The position numbers and the translations under genes were made by a program. Positions 20,228 to 30,142 of a DNA stretch of 64,000 nt are shown piece by piece. Origin of the DNA: Minisyncoccota bacterium (GTDB taxonomy: Bacteria > Patescibacteriota > Minisyncoccia > Phycocordibacterales > UBA918); the NCBI GenBank assembly GCA_041389025.1, contig JAWKSP010000003.1, positions 4,065 through 68,064 of the forward strand, read 5' to 3'. The notes beneath the pieces are model-generated. The model worked only from the letters and a program-made list of their open reading frames with translations, was not told where the DNA came from and did no database searches. How positions within the stretch are numbered: the first letter of the stretch is position 1; each line of letters starts with the position of its first letter.

Positions 20228-21953
20228 AAAAAAGAGATCTAATATCGAGTTAGACGAAGTGTTGTTGGATGCTTCAAATTTACTCGGTTTAAATCTCGAT
20301 AAACTTGAAGGAAAAAGAGAGTTGTCGATTTCTAAATACAGCATATATGGTGTTGGAGCAGTTTTTACTTTGGTGGCAGTAGTTTTTTTGTTTAAGGTCT
20401 ATGATCTTCAGGTGGTTAGAGGAGCTGAATTAAGCGCTGTAGCTGAAGCAAATAGTATTGATCGAGATACTATTATTGCTGAGAGAGGAGTTGTTTATGA
20501 CCGGAATAATGAAATGGTAGTTTGGAATGAGGTAGATGAAAGAGGAGTTTATGATTTTCCGATTCGAGCTTACACTGACAGACTTGGTTTGGGACAGGTG
20601 CTTGGTTATGTTAGTTATCCTAAAAAAGACAATCGAGGATTTTATTACCGAACCGAATACATTGGTCGGTCTGGTGTAGAATCAGCCTATGATGAGACTT
20701 TGAAAGGGGTAAACGGACATAAGGTGGTAGCTACTGATGCCTTAAACAACGTTGTTAGTGAGCATGCTTTAGCTAATCCAGAATCGGGTAATGAAATACA
20801 TTTATCAATAGACGCTGAGTTATCTGAGGCAATGTATCAAATAATATCAACCTCTAGTGCGCAAGCTGGTTTTCGTAGTGGGGCGGGAGCAATTATGGAT
20901 GTGAAGACCGGTGAACTTATCGCTCTTACCAGCTTTCCAAGCTATGATCCGGAAATAATGGCTGATGGTTATGAGGTTGATATTATTCAGCAATATAATG
21001 ATGATGAACGACTACCATTTTTAAATAAAGTAGTCAGCGGTGCGTATACACCAGGATCAATTGTAAAACCTTTTGTAGCTTATGCAGCTTTAGCGGAAAA
21101 AGTAATCAGTCCCAATAAAGAGATTTACAGTAATGGTCAAATTGTTATACCAAATCCATATAATCCAAGTAACCCGTCTCGTTTTACTGACTGGCGTGCG
21201 CATGGGTCTATGACGATGCGAGAAGCTATCGCTTTTTCTTCAAATGTATATTTTTATATCGTCGGTGGTGGATTACCAAAAAACGCGGTGCCACAAGCTG
21301 GCGTTACTAGTCCAATGACCGGTCTCGGTATAACCAAGATGGCAAAGTATTACCGTTTGTTTGGACTTGGTTCTTTGACTAATATAAACATTGCTGAAGA
21401 GCAAGCTGGAGTAGTACCAGATCCAGAGTGGAAAAGAAAAGTGTTTGACGATGATTGGCGTTTGGGTGATACCTACTTTACAGCAATCGGACAATTTGGT
21501 TTTTTAGTTACACCAATCCAAATGCTGAGAGCTTATGGTGCTTTGGCAAATGGTGGATATTTATTGTCTCCACATGTTATAAAAGGTAAGCAGGGTGATT
21601 CTGTTAATTTGAATCTAGATTCAGACTATTTACAAATCATACATGAAGGTATGCGAAAAACAGTTAATTATGATGGTGGAACTGCTAGAGCTTTAGAACG
21701 AAAAGATGTGGCGGTGGCTGCTAAGTCTGGTACAGCAGAGATCGGTGCGGGTAACGCCTATGTAAACTCTTGGGCGGCGGGATTTTTCCCTTATGAGGAT
21801 CCTAAGTACGCTTTTATCCTTATGATGGATAGAGCGCCACGTAGTAACGCGCTTGGTGCCACCAGAATTATGGGGGATGTGGTAGAATGGATGTCGAAAA
21901 ACCGACCGGAGTATTTAGGAATCAAAGAAGCCAAAATAAGCGGTGAAGAATAA
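20211..21953 (+). CDS. mrdA: Penicillin-binding protein 2 (elongasome transpeptidase)
   Basis: N-terminal TM segment and the transpeptidase motifs SxxK (GSIVKP), SxN (FSSNVY) and KSG (AKSGTAE). Confidence 0.85.
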   Translation: MKWFRKKKRSNIELDEVLLDASNLLGLNLDKLEGKRELSISKYSIYGVGAVFTLVAVVFLFKVYDLQVVRGAELSAVAEANSIDRDTIIAERGVVYDRNNEMVVWNEVDERGVYDFPIRAYTDRLGLGQVLGYVSYPKKDNRGFYYRTEYIGRSGVESAYDETLKGVNGHKVVATDALNNVVSEHALANPESGNEIHLSIDAELSEAMYQIISTSSAQAGFRSGAGAIMDVKTGELIALTSFPSYDPEIMADGYEVDIIQQYNDDERLPFLNKVVSGAYTPGSIVKPFVAYAALAEKVISPNKEIYSNGQIVIPNPYNPSNPSRFTDWRAHGSMTMREAIAFSSNVYFYIVGGGLPKNAVPQAGVTSPMTGLGITKMAKYYRLFGLGSLTNINIAEEQAGVVPDPEWKRKVFDDDWRLGDTYFTAIGQFGFLVTPIQMLRAYGALANGGYLLSPHVIKGKQGDSVNLNLDSDYLQIIHEGMRKTVNYDGGTARALERKDVAVAAKSGTAEIGAGNAYVNSWAAGFFPYEDPKYAFILMMDRAPRSNALGATRIMGDVVEWMSKNRPEYLGIKEAKISGEE

Positions 21954-22006
21954 AAATTTGACCGACTGGCTTAAGTAAGTATAATTGGGTAAATTTTTTA
22001 AAGCAT

Positions 22007-22477
22007 ATGAACGATACACAAGCATTTTTAACCGCAGAGAAGTTTGAGGAACTAAAAAAGGAACTTGAACATCTAAAAACCGTTAGACGTAAAGAGGTAG
22101 CCGAATCATTAGAATACGCGAGAAGCCTTGGTGACTTATCAGAAAACGCTGAATACCAAGAGGCTCGTGATATGCAAGCGGCGATTGAGGAAAGGATTGG
22201 TTACTTAGAAAAAGTTATAAAAGAGGCTAAAATTGTTGCTCATGAAAAGAAGGGTGGAGTGGTTGGGCTTGGATCAGTAGTTTCTATTCAAAAAGATAAA
22301 GAAAAAGATACTCGTACTTACACTATCGTTGGTTCAGATGAAGCTAATATTCATGAACATAAGCTTTCTTACTTATCACCGCTAGGTGAAGCCTTGATGG
22401 GTAAGAGTAAAGGTGATGACTTTACCTTTGACACTCCGGCTGGGAAGCAGAAGTATAAGGTGCTTAAGGTAGAGTAG
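22007..22477 (+). CDS. greA: Transcription elongation factor GreA
   Basis: 156 aa with the GreA N-terminal coiled coil (GDLSENAEYQEARDMQAAIEERI) and an FKBP-like C-terminal domain. Confidence 0.9.
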   Translation: MNDTQAFLTAEKFEELKKELEHLKTVRRKEVAESLEYARSLGDLSENAEYQEARDMQAAIEERIGYLEKVIKEAKIVAHEKKGGVVGLGSVVSIQKDKEKDTRTYTIVGSDEANIHEHKLSYLSPLGEALMGKSKGDDFTFDTPAGKQKYKVLKVE

Positions 22478-22514
22478 TGATTGAAAAAAATGCACGGCAA
22501 GATCCTGTGCTATG

Positions 22515-22551
22515 AAAAGCGGGACAATCTCTGATTGTCCCGCTTTTCATT
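22515..22551 (+). terminator. Rho-independent terminator after greA
   Basis: aaaagcgggacaat / attgtcccgctttt, a 14-bp stem with a 5-nt loop followed by a T-run. Confidence 0.7.
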
Positions 22552-22582
22552 TTCTACTTTTTCAGCTAAACTGTCTTTTATT

Positions 22583-24076
22583 ATGTCATCACTGGAAGAA
22601 ATTCGCGAGGAGCGTTTGAAAAAGAAAAAAGTCTTAGAAGGAGCCGGAGTTAATCCGTATCCGGCTGAGTGTAGTCGAACTCATGAAATATCCGATATTA
22701 TAAATCACATGGCTGATCTTCTCGAGAGTCAAGCGGTGGTACGTTTGACTGGGAGAGTAATGGCTTTGCGTCGACATGGTGGCTCAGCCTTTATTGATTT
22801 GTTTGATGGTACGACTCGCTTACAATGCTTTATTTCCAGAGATAAGATAGGTGAAGACTCTTATAAACTTTTTATCGATAGTGTAGACATCGGTGACTTC
22901 ATAGAGTGTGTAGGTAGTATGATAACGACCAGACGGGAAACTTACGCTCTTTCTCTTACCGAATGGAAGATGCTCACTAAGTCACTACAAGCTATTCCGT
23001 CAGAGCATTTTGGATTAAAAGACGACGATGAGCGTTATCGAAAGCGTCATTTAGATTTACTGTTAAATGATGAACTGCGAGATTTGTTTATTAAAAAAGC
23101 TCGCTTTTGGCAAACGATTAGAAATTTCATGATTGAACATGGTTTCTTAGAAGTGGAGACTCCTTATCTTGAAGTAACTACCGGCGGAGCAGAGGCTAGA
23201 CCATTTATGACTTATCATAATGATTATGATATGGATGTTTATCTTCGTATTTCAATTGGTGAGCTTTGGCAAAAGCGTCTAATGGCGGCTGGTTATCCCA
23301 AAACTTTTGAAATTGGACGAGCTTTTCGAAACGAAGGTACTAGTCCGGAGCACTTACAAGAGTTTACCAATCTAGAATTCTATTGGGCCTACGCCAATTA
23401 TCGAGATGGTATGAAGTTGGTACGTGAACTTTACCAGAAGATTGGCCTAGAGGTGTTTGGTACTACAAAATTTTCGGCTCATGGACATGAGTTTGATTTA
23501 GCAAATGAATGGGTGGAAATAGATTATGCGGAGGAAGTGGAAAGGCAAACTGGAGTTGATATATTTGTAGCTAGTGAGGAAGAGATAAAAAGTAAACTAG
23601 CTGAATTGAATGTAAAGTATGATGGGGACACAAGAGAAAGGCTGATCGATACTTTGTGGAAGTATTGTCGTAAAAGTATCACTGGACCGGCTTTTCTTAT
23701 TAATCATCCGATTACTGTAGCACCTTTAGCCAAAGCTCGAGCTGACGGAAAAACAGTGGAAATGTTTCAGCCAATAATTGCCGGTAGTGAAGTGGGGCGG
23801 GGATATAGCGAGCTTAATGATCCAATTGATCAAAAACAAAGGTTTGAAATTCAACAACAACTGATTGAACGTGGTGATGATGAGGCTATGATGCCAGACT
23901 GGGAGTTTGTTGAAATGCTTGAGCATGGTATGCCGCCAACTTGTGGTTTTGGTTTTGGTGAACGTTTATTTGCATTTTTAGCTGGGAAACCTATCCGTGA
24001 GACCCAGTTATTTCCGTTAATGAAGCCGAGGGAAAAAGATGTGAGTGAACGCGGTGCTGAAGTAAGTGGAGAATAG
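22583..24076 (+). CDS. lysS: Lysyl-tRNA synthetase (class II). The start is set at an internal ATG downstream of the greA terminator.
   Basis: OB-fold N-terminal domain (RLTGRVMALRRHGGSAFIDL) and class II motifs (FRNEGTSPEHLQEFTNLEFYWAY). The 22535 start given in the track overlaps the terminator hairpin. Confidence 0.9.
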   Translation: MSSLEEIREERLKKKKVLEGAGVNPYPAECSRTHEISDIINHMADLLESQAVVRLTGRVMALRRHGGSAFIDLFDGTTRLQCFISRDKIGEDSYKLFIDSVDIGDFIECVGSMITTRRETYALSLTEWKMLTKSLQAIPSEHFGLKDDDERYRKRHLDLLLNDELRDLFIKKARFWQTIRNFMIEHGFLEVETPYLEVTTGGAEARPFMTYHNDYDMDVYLRISIGELWQKRLMAAGYPKTFEIGRAFRNEGTSPEHLQEFTNLEFYWAYANYRDGMKLVRELYQKIGLEVFGTTKFSAHGHEFDLANEWVEIDYAEEVERQTGVDIFVASEEEIKSKLAELNVKYDGDTRERLIDTLWKYCRKSITGPAFLINHPITVAPLAKARADGKTVEMFQPIIAGSEVGRGYSELNDPIDQKQRFEIQQQLIERGDDEAMMPDWEFVEMLEHGMPPTCGFGFGERLFAFLAGKPIRETQLFPLMKPREKDVSERGAEVSGE

Positions 24077-24091
24077 TTATAGTTGAATATA

Positions 24092-24128
24092 AAAAACCGA
24101 TGGATTTCTTTAGGAATCCATCGGTTTT
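24092..24128 (+). terminator. Rho-independent terminator after lysS
   Basis: aaaaaccgatggatt / aatccatcggttttt hairpin with a T-run. Confidence 0.7.
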
Positions 24129-24189
24129 TGTATACATTTTAGATAGTTTATTAAAGTTATACCCATTTTTTCATACAAAGTAGTTGCTA

Positions 24190-24235
24190 GTGGGATGAAG
24201 TGGTGTAGAATATAGGTGTGGTGGGAGATAGTGGT
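24190..24235 (+). promoter_or_regulatory. Array of GTGG(G/T) boxes with ~10-bp phasing upstream of mraZ. Candidate MraZ operator plus promoter.
   Basis: GTGGG at 24190, GTGGT at 24200, GTGGG at 24221 and GTGGT at 24231, with a TAGAAT -10-like element at about 24206. MraZ is known to bind phased GTGGG repeats in its own promoter. Confidence 0.5.
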
Positions 24236-24264
24236 ATGTTTCTAAAAAATGAAATATACTGAGG

Positions 24265-24330
24265 GAGTGAGTTTCCGAATCCGCCACAACCGTCTCCACA
24301 TTAGGTTGCGGTTGGTTCGGAGACTCACTC
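24265..24330 (+). other. Long imperfect hairpin (17-bp outer stem plus 6-bp inner stem) in the mraZ 5' leader
   Basis: GAGUGAGUUUCCGAAUC pairs with GGUUCGGAGACUCACUC (two G-U wobbles). The inner pair is CAACCG/CGGUUG. There is no trailing U-run, and it ends 14 nt before the mraZ ATG. Confidence 0.45.
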
Positions 24331-24343
24331 AAACTATCGAGTT

Positions 24344-24778
24344 ATGTTAATCGGCGAACACAAGCATACGTTGGATCCCAAGAAAAGGCTGTCCTTACCG
24401 TCTAAATGGCGTAAGGAACTTGGGAAAAAGCTAGTGGTAACCCGAGGACTCGATAACTGTCTCTTTGTATATCCGCTCCGTGAGTGGCAGAAGATCACTG
24501 AAAAAATTGGTCAACTGCCACTCGGACAGGCGGATACAAGAAGTTTCAATCGATTCTTCTTGTCAGGAGCAGTAGAAGTGGAGGTAGATTCAGTTGGACG
24601 TATTCTCGTGCCAGACTTTTTGAAAGATTTTGCGCACCTAGGTACAAGCGTTGTGCTTGCAGGTATACATGATCGTATCGAAATTTGGGATGAGGAAAGA
24701 TGGACTGAGTACAAACGCAAGATTGAAATCGAAGCTGATTCACTTGCTGAAAAACTCGGTGAAATAGGTGTCCTATAA
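24344..24778 (+). CDS. mraZ: Transcriptional regulator MraZ
   Basis: 144 aa, MLIGEHKHTLDPKKRLSLPSKWR with the double SpoVT/AbrB-like MraZ fold. It is the first gene of the dcw cluster. Confidence 0.9.
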   Translation: MLIGEHKHTLDPKKRLSLPSKWRKELGKKLVVTRGLDNCLFVYPLREWQKITEKIGQLPLGQADTRSFNRFFLSGAVEVEVDSVGRILVPDFLKDFAHLGTSVVLAGIHDRIEIWDEERWTEYKRKIEIEADSLAEKLGEIGVL

Positions 24779-24794
24779 AGCTACTAAATTCTGT

Positions 24795-25712
24795 ATGACC
24801 AAACACATTACCGTTTTAGAAGACGAAGCAGTTTCTATCCTAAATTTAAAATCTAATAGCGTGGTGGTAGATGCAACTTATGGCGGTGGCGGTCATGCTC
24901 TAAAAATCTGTCAACAGTTAAGCGAGAAAGGTATTTATATTGGTATAGATATCGATGAGCAAGCTTTTGAAAATAGAAAAACAGAATTAAAACTTACTAA
25001 ACCGACTAAACATCTAATTAACGATAATTTTTCTAACTTTGAGAAAATATTAAGCTCTTTAAATATAAAAAAAGTAGATGCAATATGAGCTGATTTAGGT
25101 TGGAGAACTGATCAGTTCGAACTAGGAGGCAAAGGGTTTTCTTTTGATAAGGAAGAACCATTATTGATGACTTTTGGCGCAACCGATAAATATTTATTTA
25201 CTGCACATGATCTGGTTAATGGTTGGGCGGAAGAGGATATTGCAAATGTCATATATGGCTATGGAGAGGAAAGATACGCTAGGAGGATTGCTAAAGCGAT
25301 TGTTAAACATAGACAAGTAGAACCAATCAAAACTGCTAAAGAACTAACAGAAGTTATCAAAACAGCTGTTCCATTAAGTCGATCAAAAATTAATCCGGCT
25401 ACTAAAACTTTTCAGGCATTAAGGATTGCTGTTAATGATGAATTGTTGATTTTAGAAAAATTTATTGATTCAAGTAGTACCTTTTTGGCTGATGAGGCAG
25501 TGTTAGCCATTATAAGTTTTCATAGTCTTGAAGATAGGATTGTAAAACTGAAATTTAAAGAATTGGCTAATAGTGAAAATTTTTCACTTTTGACAAAAAA
25601 ACCTATTACTGCCACAGAGGATGAATTATTACTAAACAAAAGAGCTCGTAGTGCAAAACTTAGAGCAATAAAAAAGACTGAAAACAAAGATGAAGAAAAA
25701 ATTTTTAAATAA
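24795..25712 (+). pseudogene. rsmH: 16S rRNA m4C1402 methyltransferase RsmH (MraW), interrupted by a single in-frame TGA at 25086-25088 with no frame change
   Basis: The upstream part carries the SAM motif (VVDATYGGGGHA). Downstream, the same frame reads ADLGWRTDQFELGGKGFSF, matching the RsmH DLGVSSxQLDxxxRGFSF motif. The two ORFs are separated only by the TGA. Confidence 0.7.
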
Positions 25713-26001
25713 ATATGATAATTTTATAACACCGACTTGTTTGGTAATACTTTTTTGTGCGGTGATTTTGTATATGTATTTTCTAAGTCTTTCAGTTATG
25801 CATGTGGTAATGCGTAAAGAGGCCTTAAATAATTTAAATGAATTACAAGCAAAAATTGCTAAATTAGAATCCTCCTACATAGAAGCTCAATATCAAATCA
25901 GTAGTAAAGTTTCTACTATTGAAGGTTTTAGTGAGACTAGTAATAAAATATTTGTTAATTTGTCTGATGATAGTTTGGTGCTTAATACCGAGGTGCGGTA
26001 G
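25690..26001 (+). CDS. ftsL: FtsL-like cell division protein
   Basis: 103 aa with one TM segment then a coiled coil, positioned between rsmH and ftsI as in dcw clusters. Confidence 0.5.
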   Translation: MKKKFLNKYDNFITPTCLVILFCAVILYMYFLSLSVMHVVMRKEALNNLNELQAKIAKLESSYIEAQYQISSKVSTIEGFSETSNKIFVNLSDDSLVLNTEVR

Positions 26002-26010
26002 TGTAATGTT

Positions 26011-27726
26011 ATGAGAAAGCAGATGGTGGTTAGGGTTAGAATTATTACCGGAGTGGTTTTGATGTTGGCACTTTTTTTGGTATTGAGACTTTATAATTTG
26101 CAAATAACACAAAGTGAGGCTTATTTAGAGAAGGCTGATCGGCAATATGTCTATACAAAACAAGATTTATATTCACGTGGTTCGATATTTTTTACTACTA
26201 AAGATGGAGAAAAAGTTTCTGCAGCCTCAATCGGTTCTGGTTATTTATTAGCCTTTAACCCTAGTCAGATAGTTGATTCCGGTGATGCTTGTAATAAGCT
26301 TGAGACTTTTTTGAGTATAAGTAAAGACGAATGCAAAAGAAAAGCTACCCTTGAAGGGCGAACTTATGTTGAAATAGAAACAACTTTAACAGAGGAACAG
26401 ATGGAACAAATATCAGATTTGCATATTACTGGTGTGTATTTATATAGAAATCAGTGGCGATATTATCCGGCTAATGATTTATTAGCAAAGACCATCGGTT
26501 TTATTGGTTATACTGATGAGGACGATAAACTTAGAGGTAAGTATGGTCTGGAAAGATATTATGATGAGATCTTATTTCAGGAAAACCAAGTCAGGTCAGT
26601 CAATTTTTTTGCTGAGATTTTTACTAATTTAGGTGATTTGGTTTACAAAAAAGATGAAGAAGAAGATGGTGATATTGTCACCACTATTGAACCAACAGTA
26701 GCTAGGATGTTGGATAATATCTTAAGGGAAACAAATGAAAAATATGACAGTAAAATGACTGGGGCCATAATTATGAATCCGCAGAACGGTGAGATATATG
26801 CTATGGATACTGTGCCGGGATTTAATTTAAATAATCGAGCAGAGGCAACGGTAGAAGATTTTCGTAATCCTTTGGTTGAAGATGTTTATGAATTTGGATC
26901 AACAATAAAAGCGCTCACTATGGCGGCTGGTCTTGATAGTGGAGCGGTCACACCCCACTCAACTTATGATGATAAAGGTTTTGTGACTTTGGATAAATTT
27001 ACTATTAGAAATTTTGACGGCCGTGGTCGTGGGGTGGTTGATATGCAAGAGGTGCTCAATCAATCTTTAAACACCGGGGTGTCCCATGTTGTAAAACAAA
27101 TGGGAAAGGATAAATTTAGGGATTATTTTTTAAGTTTTAAGCTTGGTGGTGAGACAGGGATAGATCAGCCAAACGAAATTTATGGTCTGGTTGAAAACTT
27201 AAATTCACCGCGTGATGTAGAATATGCCACTGCTTCTTTTGGTCAAGGTATTGCACTTACACCGATAGCTGTAACCAGAGCTTTGGCAATTCTGGGTAAT
27301 GGTGGCCATTTGGTTACACCACACATTGCTTCTTCAGTTCAATATAAAGATGGAACAGTCAGAGAAATTCGTTATCCACAAGGGAAGCAAGTAATATCAA
27401 AAGAAACTAGTGAAGAAATATCTCGAATGTTGACGATAGTGGTTGATGAAGCACTGGCTTATGGTGAATATTCTATGCCAAATCACACCATTGGAGCCAA
27501 AACCGGTACGGCGCAGATCGCCAATCCAAACGGTAAAGGTTATTATGAAGATCGTTTTTTGCATTCATTTTTTGGCTATTTTCCAGCTTTTGACCCAAAG
27601 TTCATTGTTTTCATGTATACTGTAGAGCCGAAAGGAGTTAGTTATGCGTCTCAAACTTTAACTGAACCCTTTATGAATATAACCAAGTTTTTAATAAATT
27701 ACTATAATGTTCCACCAGATCGTTAA
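26011..27726 (+). CDS. ftsI: Penicillin-binding protein 3 (FtsI, divisome transpeptidase)
   Basis: N-terminal TM segment and the SxxK (GSTIKA), SxN (SLNTG) and KTG (KTGTAQ) motifs. Confidence 0.85.
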   Translation: MRKQMVVRVRIITGVVLMLALFLVLRLYNLQITQSEAYLEKADRQYVYTKQDLYSRGSIFFTTKDGEKVSAASIGSGYLLAFNPSQIVDSGDACNKLETFLSISKDECKRKATLEGRTYVEIETTLTEEQMEQISDLHITGVYLYRNQWRYYPANDLLAKTIGFIGYTDEDDKLRGKYGLERYYDEILFQENQVRSVNFFAEIFTNLGDLVYKKDEEEDGDIVTTIEPTVARMLDNILRETNEKYDSKMTGAIIMNPQNGEIYAMDTVPGFNLNNRAEATVEDFRNPLVEDVYEFGSTIKALTMAAGLDSGAVTPHSTYDDKGFVTLDKFTIRNFDGRGRGVVDMQEVLNQSLNTGVSHVVKQMGKDKFRDYFLSFKLGGETGIDQPNEIYGLVENLNSPRDVEYATASFGQGIALTPIAVTRALAILGNGGHLVTPHIASSVQYKDGTVREIRYPQGKQVISKETSEEISRMLTIVVDEALAYGEYSMPNHTIGAKTGTAQIANPNGKGYYEDRFLHSFFGYFPAFDPKFIVFMYTVEPKGVSYASQTLTEPFMNITKFLINYYNVPPDR

Positions 27727-27734
27727 ATCAGATT

Positions 27735-29021
27735 ATGAAAGATTTTTTTAAAAAAATAGTAGTTCAAATACTCACTTTAGAAGCTAGAATCGTTTTAAAA
27801 AAACATAAACCAACTATTATTGCTATTACTGGTAGTGTCGGAAAGACTTCCATGAAAGACGCTATTTATAGTATTTTAAAAAATCATTACGTAACTAGAA
27901 AAAGTGAAAAAAGTTTTAATTCAGAAATTGGTATACCTTTAACTGTGCTTGGTTTACCAAATGCTTGGCGAAATCCTTTTTTGTGGCTTAAAAATATTGT
28001 TGACGGTTTCTTTATCGCTTTTTTTAGTAAAGATTATCCAGATTACTTAATTATAGAAGCTGGTATTGATAGACCAAGAGATATGGAACATTTAACTGCT
28101 TGGCTTAAACCACATGTGGTAGTGTTGACTAGATTTCCAGATGTACCGGTTCATGTAGAATATTTTTCTAGTCCAGAGGCGGTAATTGAAGAAAAAATGA
28201 AATTACCACTGGCTTTAGACGCTGACGGAATAGTTATCTATAATCATGATGATGAAAAAATAAAAGAGAAGTTAACAGAAATTAGACATAAAGCAATCGG
28301 TTTTAGTCGTTACTTGGAATCACATTTTACGGCCAGTAAAGATGTTGTTTTTTATAATGATGATGTACCAAGTGGTGTTTCTTTTGTTTTAAAAAACCTC
28401 CAAGAGCAAGTTGAGGTTAAAGTTAACGATGTAGTTGGTCTGCAGTCAGTCTATACGGCCACGGGTGCCATCGCGACCGCTGTGTCATGTGGCGTTTCCT
28501 TGAATGAAGCAGCTAAAGCTATGGTCCATCATGCGTCACCGGCGGGAAGAATGAAGATTGTTAAAGGTATCAAAGGATCAGTTATTATTGATGATACATA
28601 CAATTCGTCTCCGGCAGCTTGTAAACAAGCCCTTATTACTTTAAAGGAAATAAAATATGCCAAAAGAAAGATTGCAGTACTTGGCGATATGTTGGAACTG
28701 GGTCGATTTTCGGCTAACGAACATGAAGCGGTTGGTGAATTAGTAGCTAAAACTGCTGATATTCTGATTACAGTTGGAGTGCGAGCTAGGAGAATTGCTA
28801 AGACTGCTTTGGAAAATGGTCTTACTGATAAAACTGTTTTACAATACGATGATTCGCTTAGAGCTGGTAAAGAGTTACAAAATTATCTTCAGTCCGGAGA
28901 TGTGGTGCTGGTAAAAGGTTCGCAAGGAATTAGGGCAGAAAAGATAGTTGAAGAAATTATGCAAGAACCAGAGAAAGCCGGTGAGTCGTTGGTTAGACAA
29001 GATTCTTTTTGGAAAAATTAA
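27735..29021 (+). CDS. murF: UDP-MurNAc-tripeptide--D-Ala-D-Ala ligase (MurF)
   Basis: Mur ligase P-loop (IIAITGSVGKTSMKDAI) and the MurF-type DDTYNSSP motif. Confidence 0.75.
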   Translation: MKDFFKKIVVQILTLEARIVLKKHKPTIIAITGSVGKTSMKDAIYSILKNHYVTRKSEKSFNSEIGIPLTVLGLPNAWRNPFLWLKNIVDGFFIAFFSKDYPDYLIIEAGIDRPRDMEHLTAWLKPHVVVLTRFPDVPVHVEYFSSPEAVIEEKMKLPLALDADGIVIYNHDDEKIKEKLTEIRHKAIGFSRYLESHFTASKDVVFYNDDVPSGVSFVLKNLQEQVEVKVNDVVGLQSVYTATGAIATAVSCGVSLNEAAKAMVHHASPAGRMKIVKGIKGSVIIDDTYNSSPAACKQALITLKEIKYAKRKIAVLGDMLELGRFSANEHEAVGELVAKTADILITVGVRARRIAKTALENGLTDKTVLQYDDSLRAGKELQNYLQSGDVVLVKGSQGIRAEKIVEEIMQEPEKAGESLVRQDSFWKN

Positions 29022-29077
29022 TTTTAGTGAAAATCAAAGATGACGAAATGGTATTAAATATGATATAGTCAAGCATT

Positions 29078-29392
29078 ATGTTTGGAAAATTAAAACAATT
29101 TGCCCTGAAAAAGGTGCTTGAATCACAACTTAAAAACGTGCCGGAAGAACAAAGAAAAATGATCATGGAGATGATTGAGAAAGACCCAGCTTTGTTTGAA
29201 AAAATTGCCAAAGAAATGCAAGAGGAAATGAAAAAAAATGGCAATAATCAAATGGCCGCTGCTCAGAAAGTTCTGCCAAAGTATCAACAGGAAATTTTGA
29301 CGGTAATGAGTCCAGAAATGCGAGAACAATTAATAAAAATGCAAATGGGGGCTCAAGGACAATTTAATGCGGATGGTTCAATTCGTAAATAA
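29078..29392 (+). CDS. Small K/E/M-rich hypothetical protein
   Basis: 104-aa ORF with its own terminator downstream and no recognised motif. Confidence 0.4.
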   Translation: MFGKLKQFALKKVLESQLKNVPEEQRKMIMEMIEKDPALFEKIAKEMQEEMKKNGNNQMAAAQKVLPKYQQEILTVMSPEMREQLIKMQMGAQGQFNADGSIRK

Positions 29393-29404
29393 ATAGTAAT
29401 CAAC

Positions 29405-29434
29405 AAGACAGTCAATAAATATACTGTCTTTTTG
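29405..29434 (+). terminator. Rho-independent terminator
   Basis: aagacagt / actgtctt stem followed by TTT. Confidence 0.55.
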
Positions 29435-30034
29435 GTTATACTATTAGATATGAATGAAAATAAGAAAATTCTACTTATTTGTGGTCATCCGAACGCTGAC
29501 TCATTAACTGGTGATATGATCAGCTACTATCAACTAGCGGCTGAAGAGGTTGGGTATGATGTGCAACGGGTAAATTTAGGAGAGTTGAATTTTGATCCAG
29601 TTTTACGCAAAGGTTATAAAGAGATACAGTCTTTAGAACCAGATTTGGTTTCTTTACAAGAAAAAATACTATGGGCTGACCATTTGGTAATTGTTTATCC
29701 AAACTGGTGGTGTAGTATGCCGGCCCTGCTTAAGGGTATGTTCGACCGGATCTGGTTACCGGACTTTGCTTTTAGTTTTGTTGATGAAAAAAAGAAAAGA
29801 GAAAAGAAGTTAGAAGGTAGAACAGCACGGGTAATTATTTTATCAGGTTTTGAAACACCGTTTAAAACTTGGTGGAAGTACGGTGATTTTACCAATGAAA
29901 TACAGTACGGAATTTTAGATTTTGCCGGTATCAAGACTAGTGTAACGGCTATGGGTCCGTGTGAGCAAGTGGATGAAAAAAGACGAGAGAAATGGGAAAG
30001 AGAGGTGGCGGAATTGGGTAAAAAAGGTATATAA
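29432..30034 (+). CDS. Flavodoxin-like fold NAD(P)H-dependent oxidoreductase (MdaB/KefG/NQO-type)
   Basis: KKILLICGHPNADSLTGDMIS...HLVIVYPNWWCSMPALLKGMFDRIW matches the Flavodoxin_2 family. Confidence 0.7.
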   Translation: MVILLDMNENKKILLICGHPNADSLTGDMISYYQLAAEEVGYDVQRVNLGELNFDPVLRKGYKEIQSLEPDLVSLQEKILWADHLVIVYPNWWCSMPALLKGMFDRIWLPDFAFSFVDEKKKREKKLEGRTARVIILSGFETPFKTWWKYGDFTNEIQYGILDFAGIKTSVTAMGPCEQVDEKRREKWEREVAELGKKGI

Positions 30035-30057
30035 TAAAAGGTAGAAACAAAACAAAA

Positions 30058-30092
30058 GCAACTTTTTGCCATTGACAAAAAGTTGCTTTTGT
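30058..30092 (+). terminator. Terminator hairpin overlapping a TTGACA -35 box for the downstream lipoprotein gene
   Basis: gcaactttttg / caaaaagttgc 11-bp stem with a T-run. TTGACA is at 30073-30078 inside the right arm. Confidence 0.6.
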
Positions 30093-30142
30093 GATATCAT
30101 ATATTTAAATTTGATTAACATTTTTAGGTCGGGAGGCCCAAA

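Noticed and set aside
24265-24330. tRNA or tRNA-like gene (contains GGTTCGGAG and TTCCGAATCC)
   Set aside because: It lacks a cloverleaf. It folds as one long hairpin, and the T-loop-like strings are on opposite arms of the same stem.
24768-25712. Alternative genetic code (UGA=Gly, code 25, or UGA=Trp, code 4) as the explanation for the in-frame TGA in rsmH
   Set aside because: TGA terminates at least two long, otherwise intact genes (the 913-aa ATPase at 7929 and alaS at 63828). All other long genes are free of internal TGA, which is inconsistent with genome-wide recoding.
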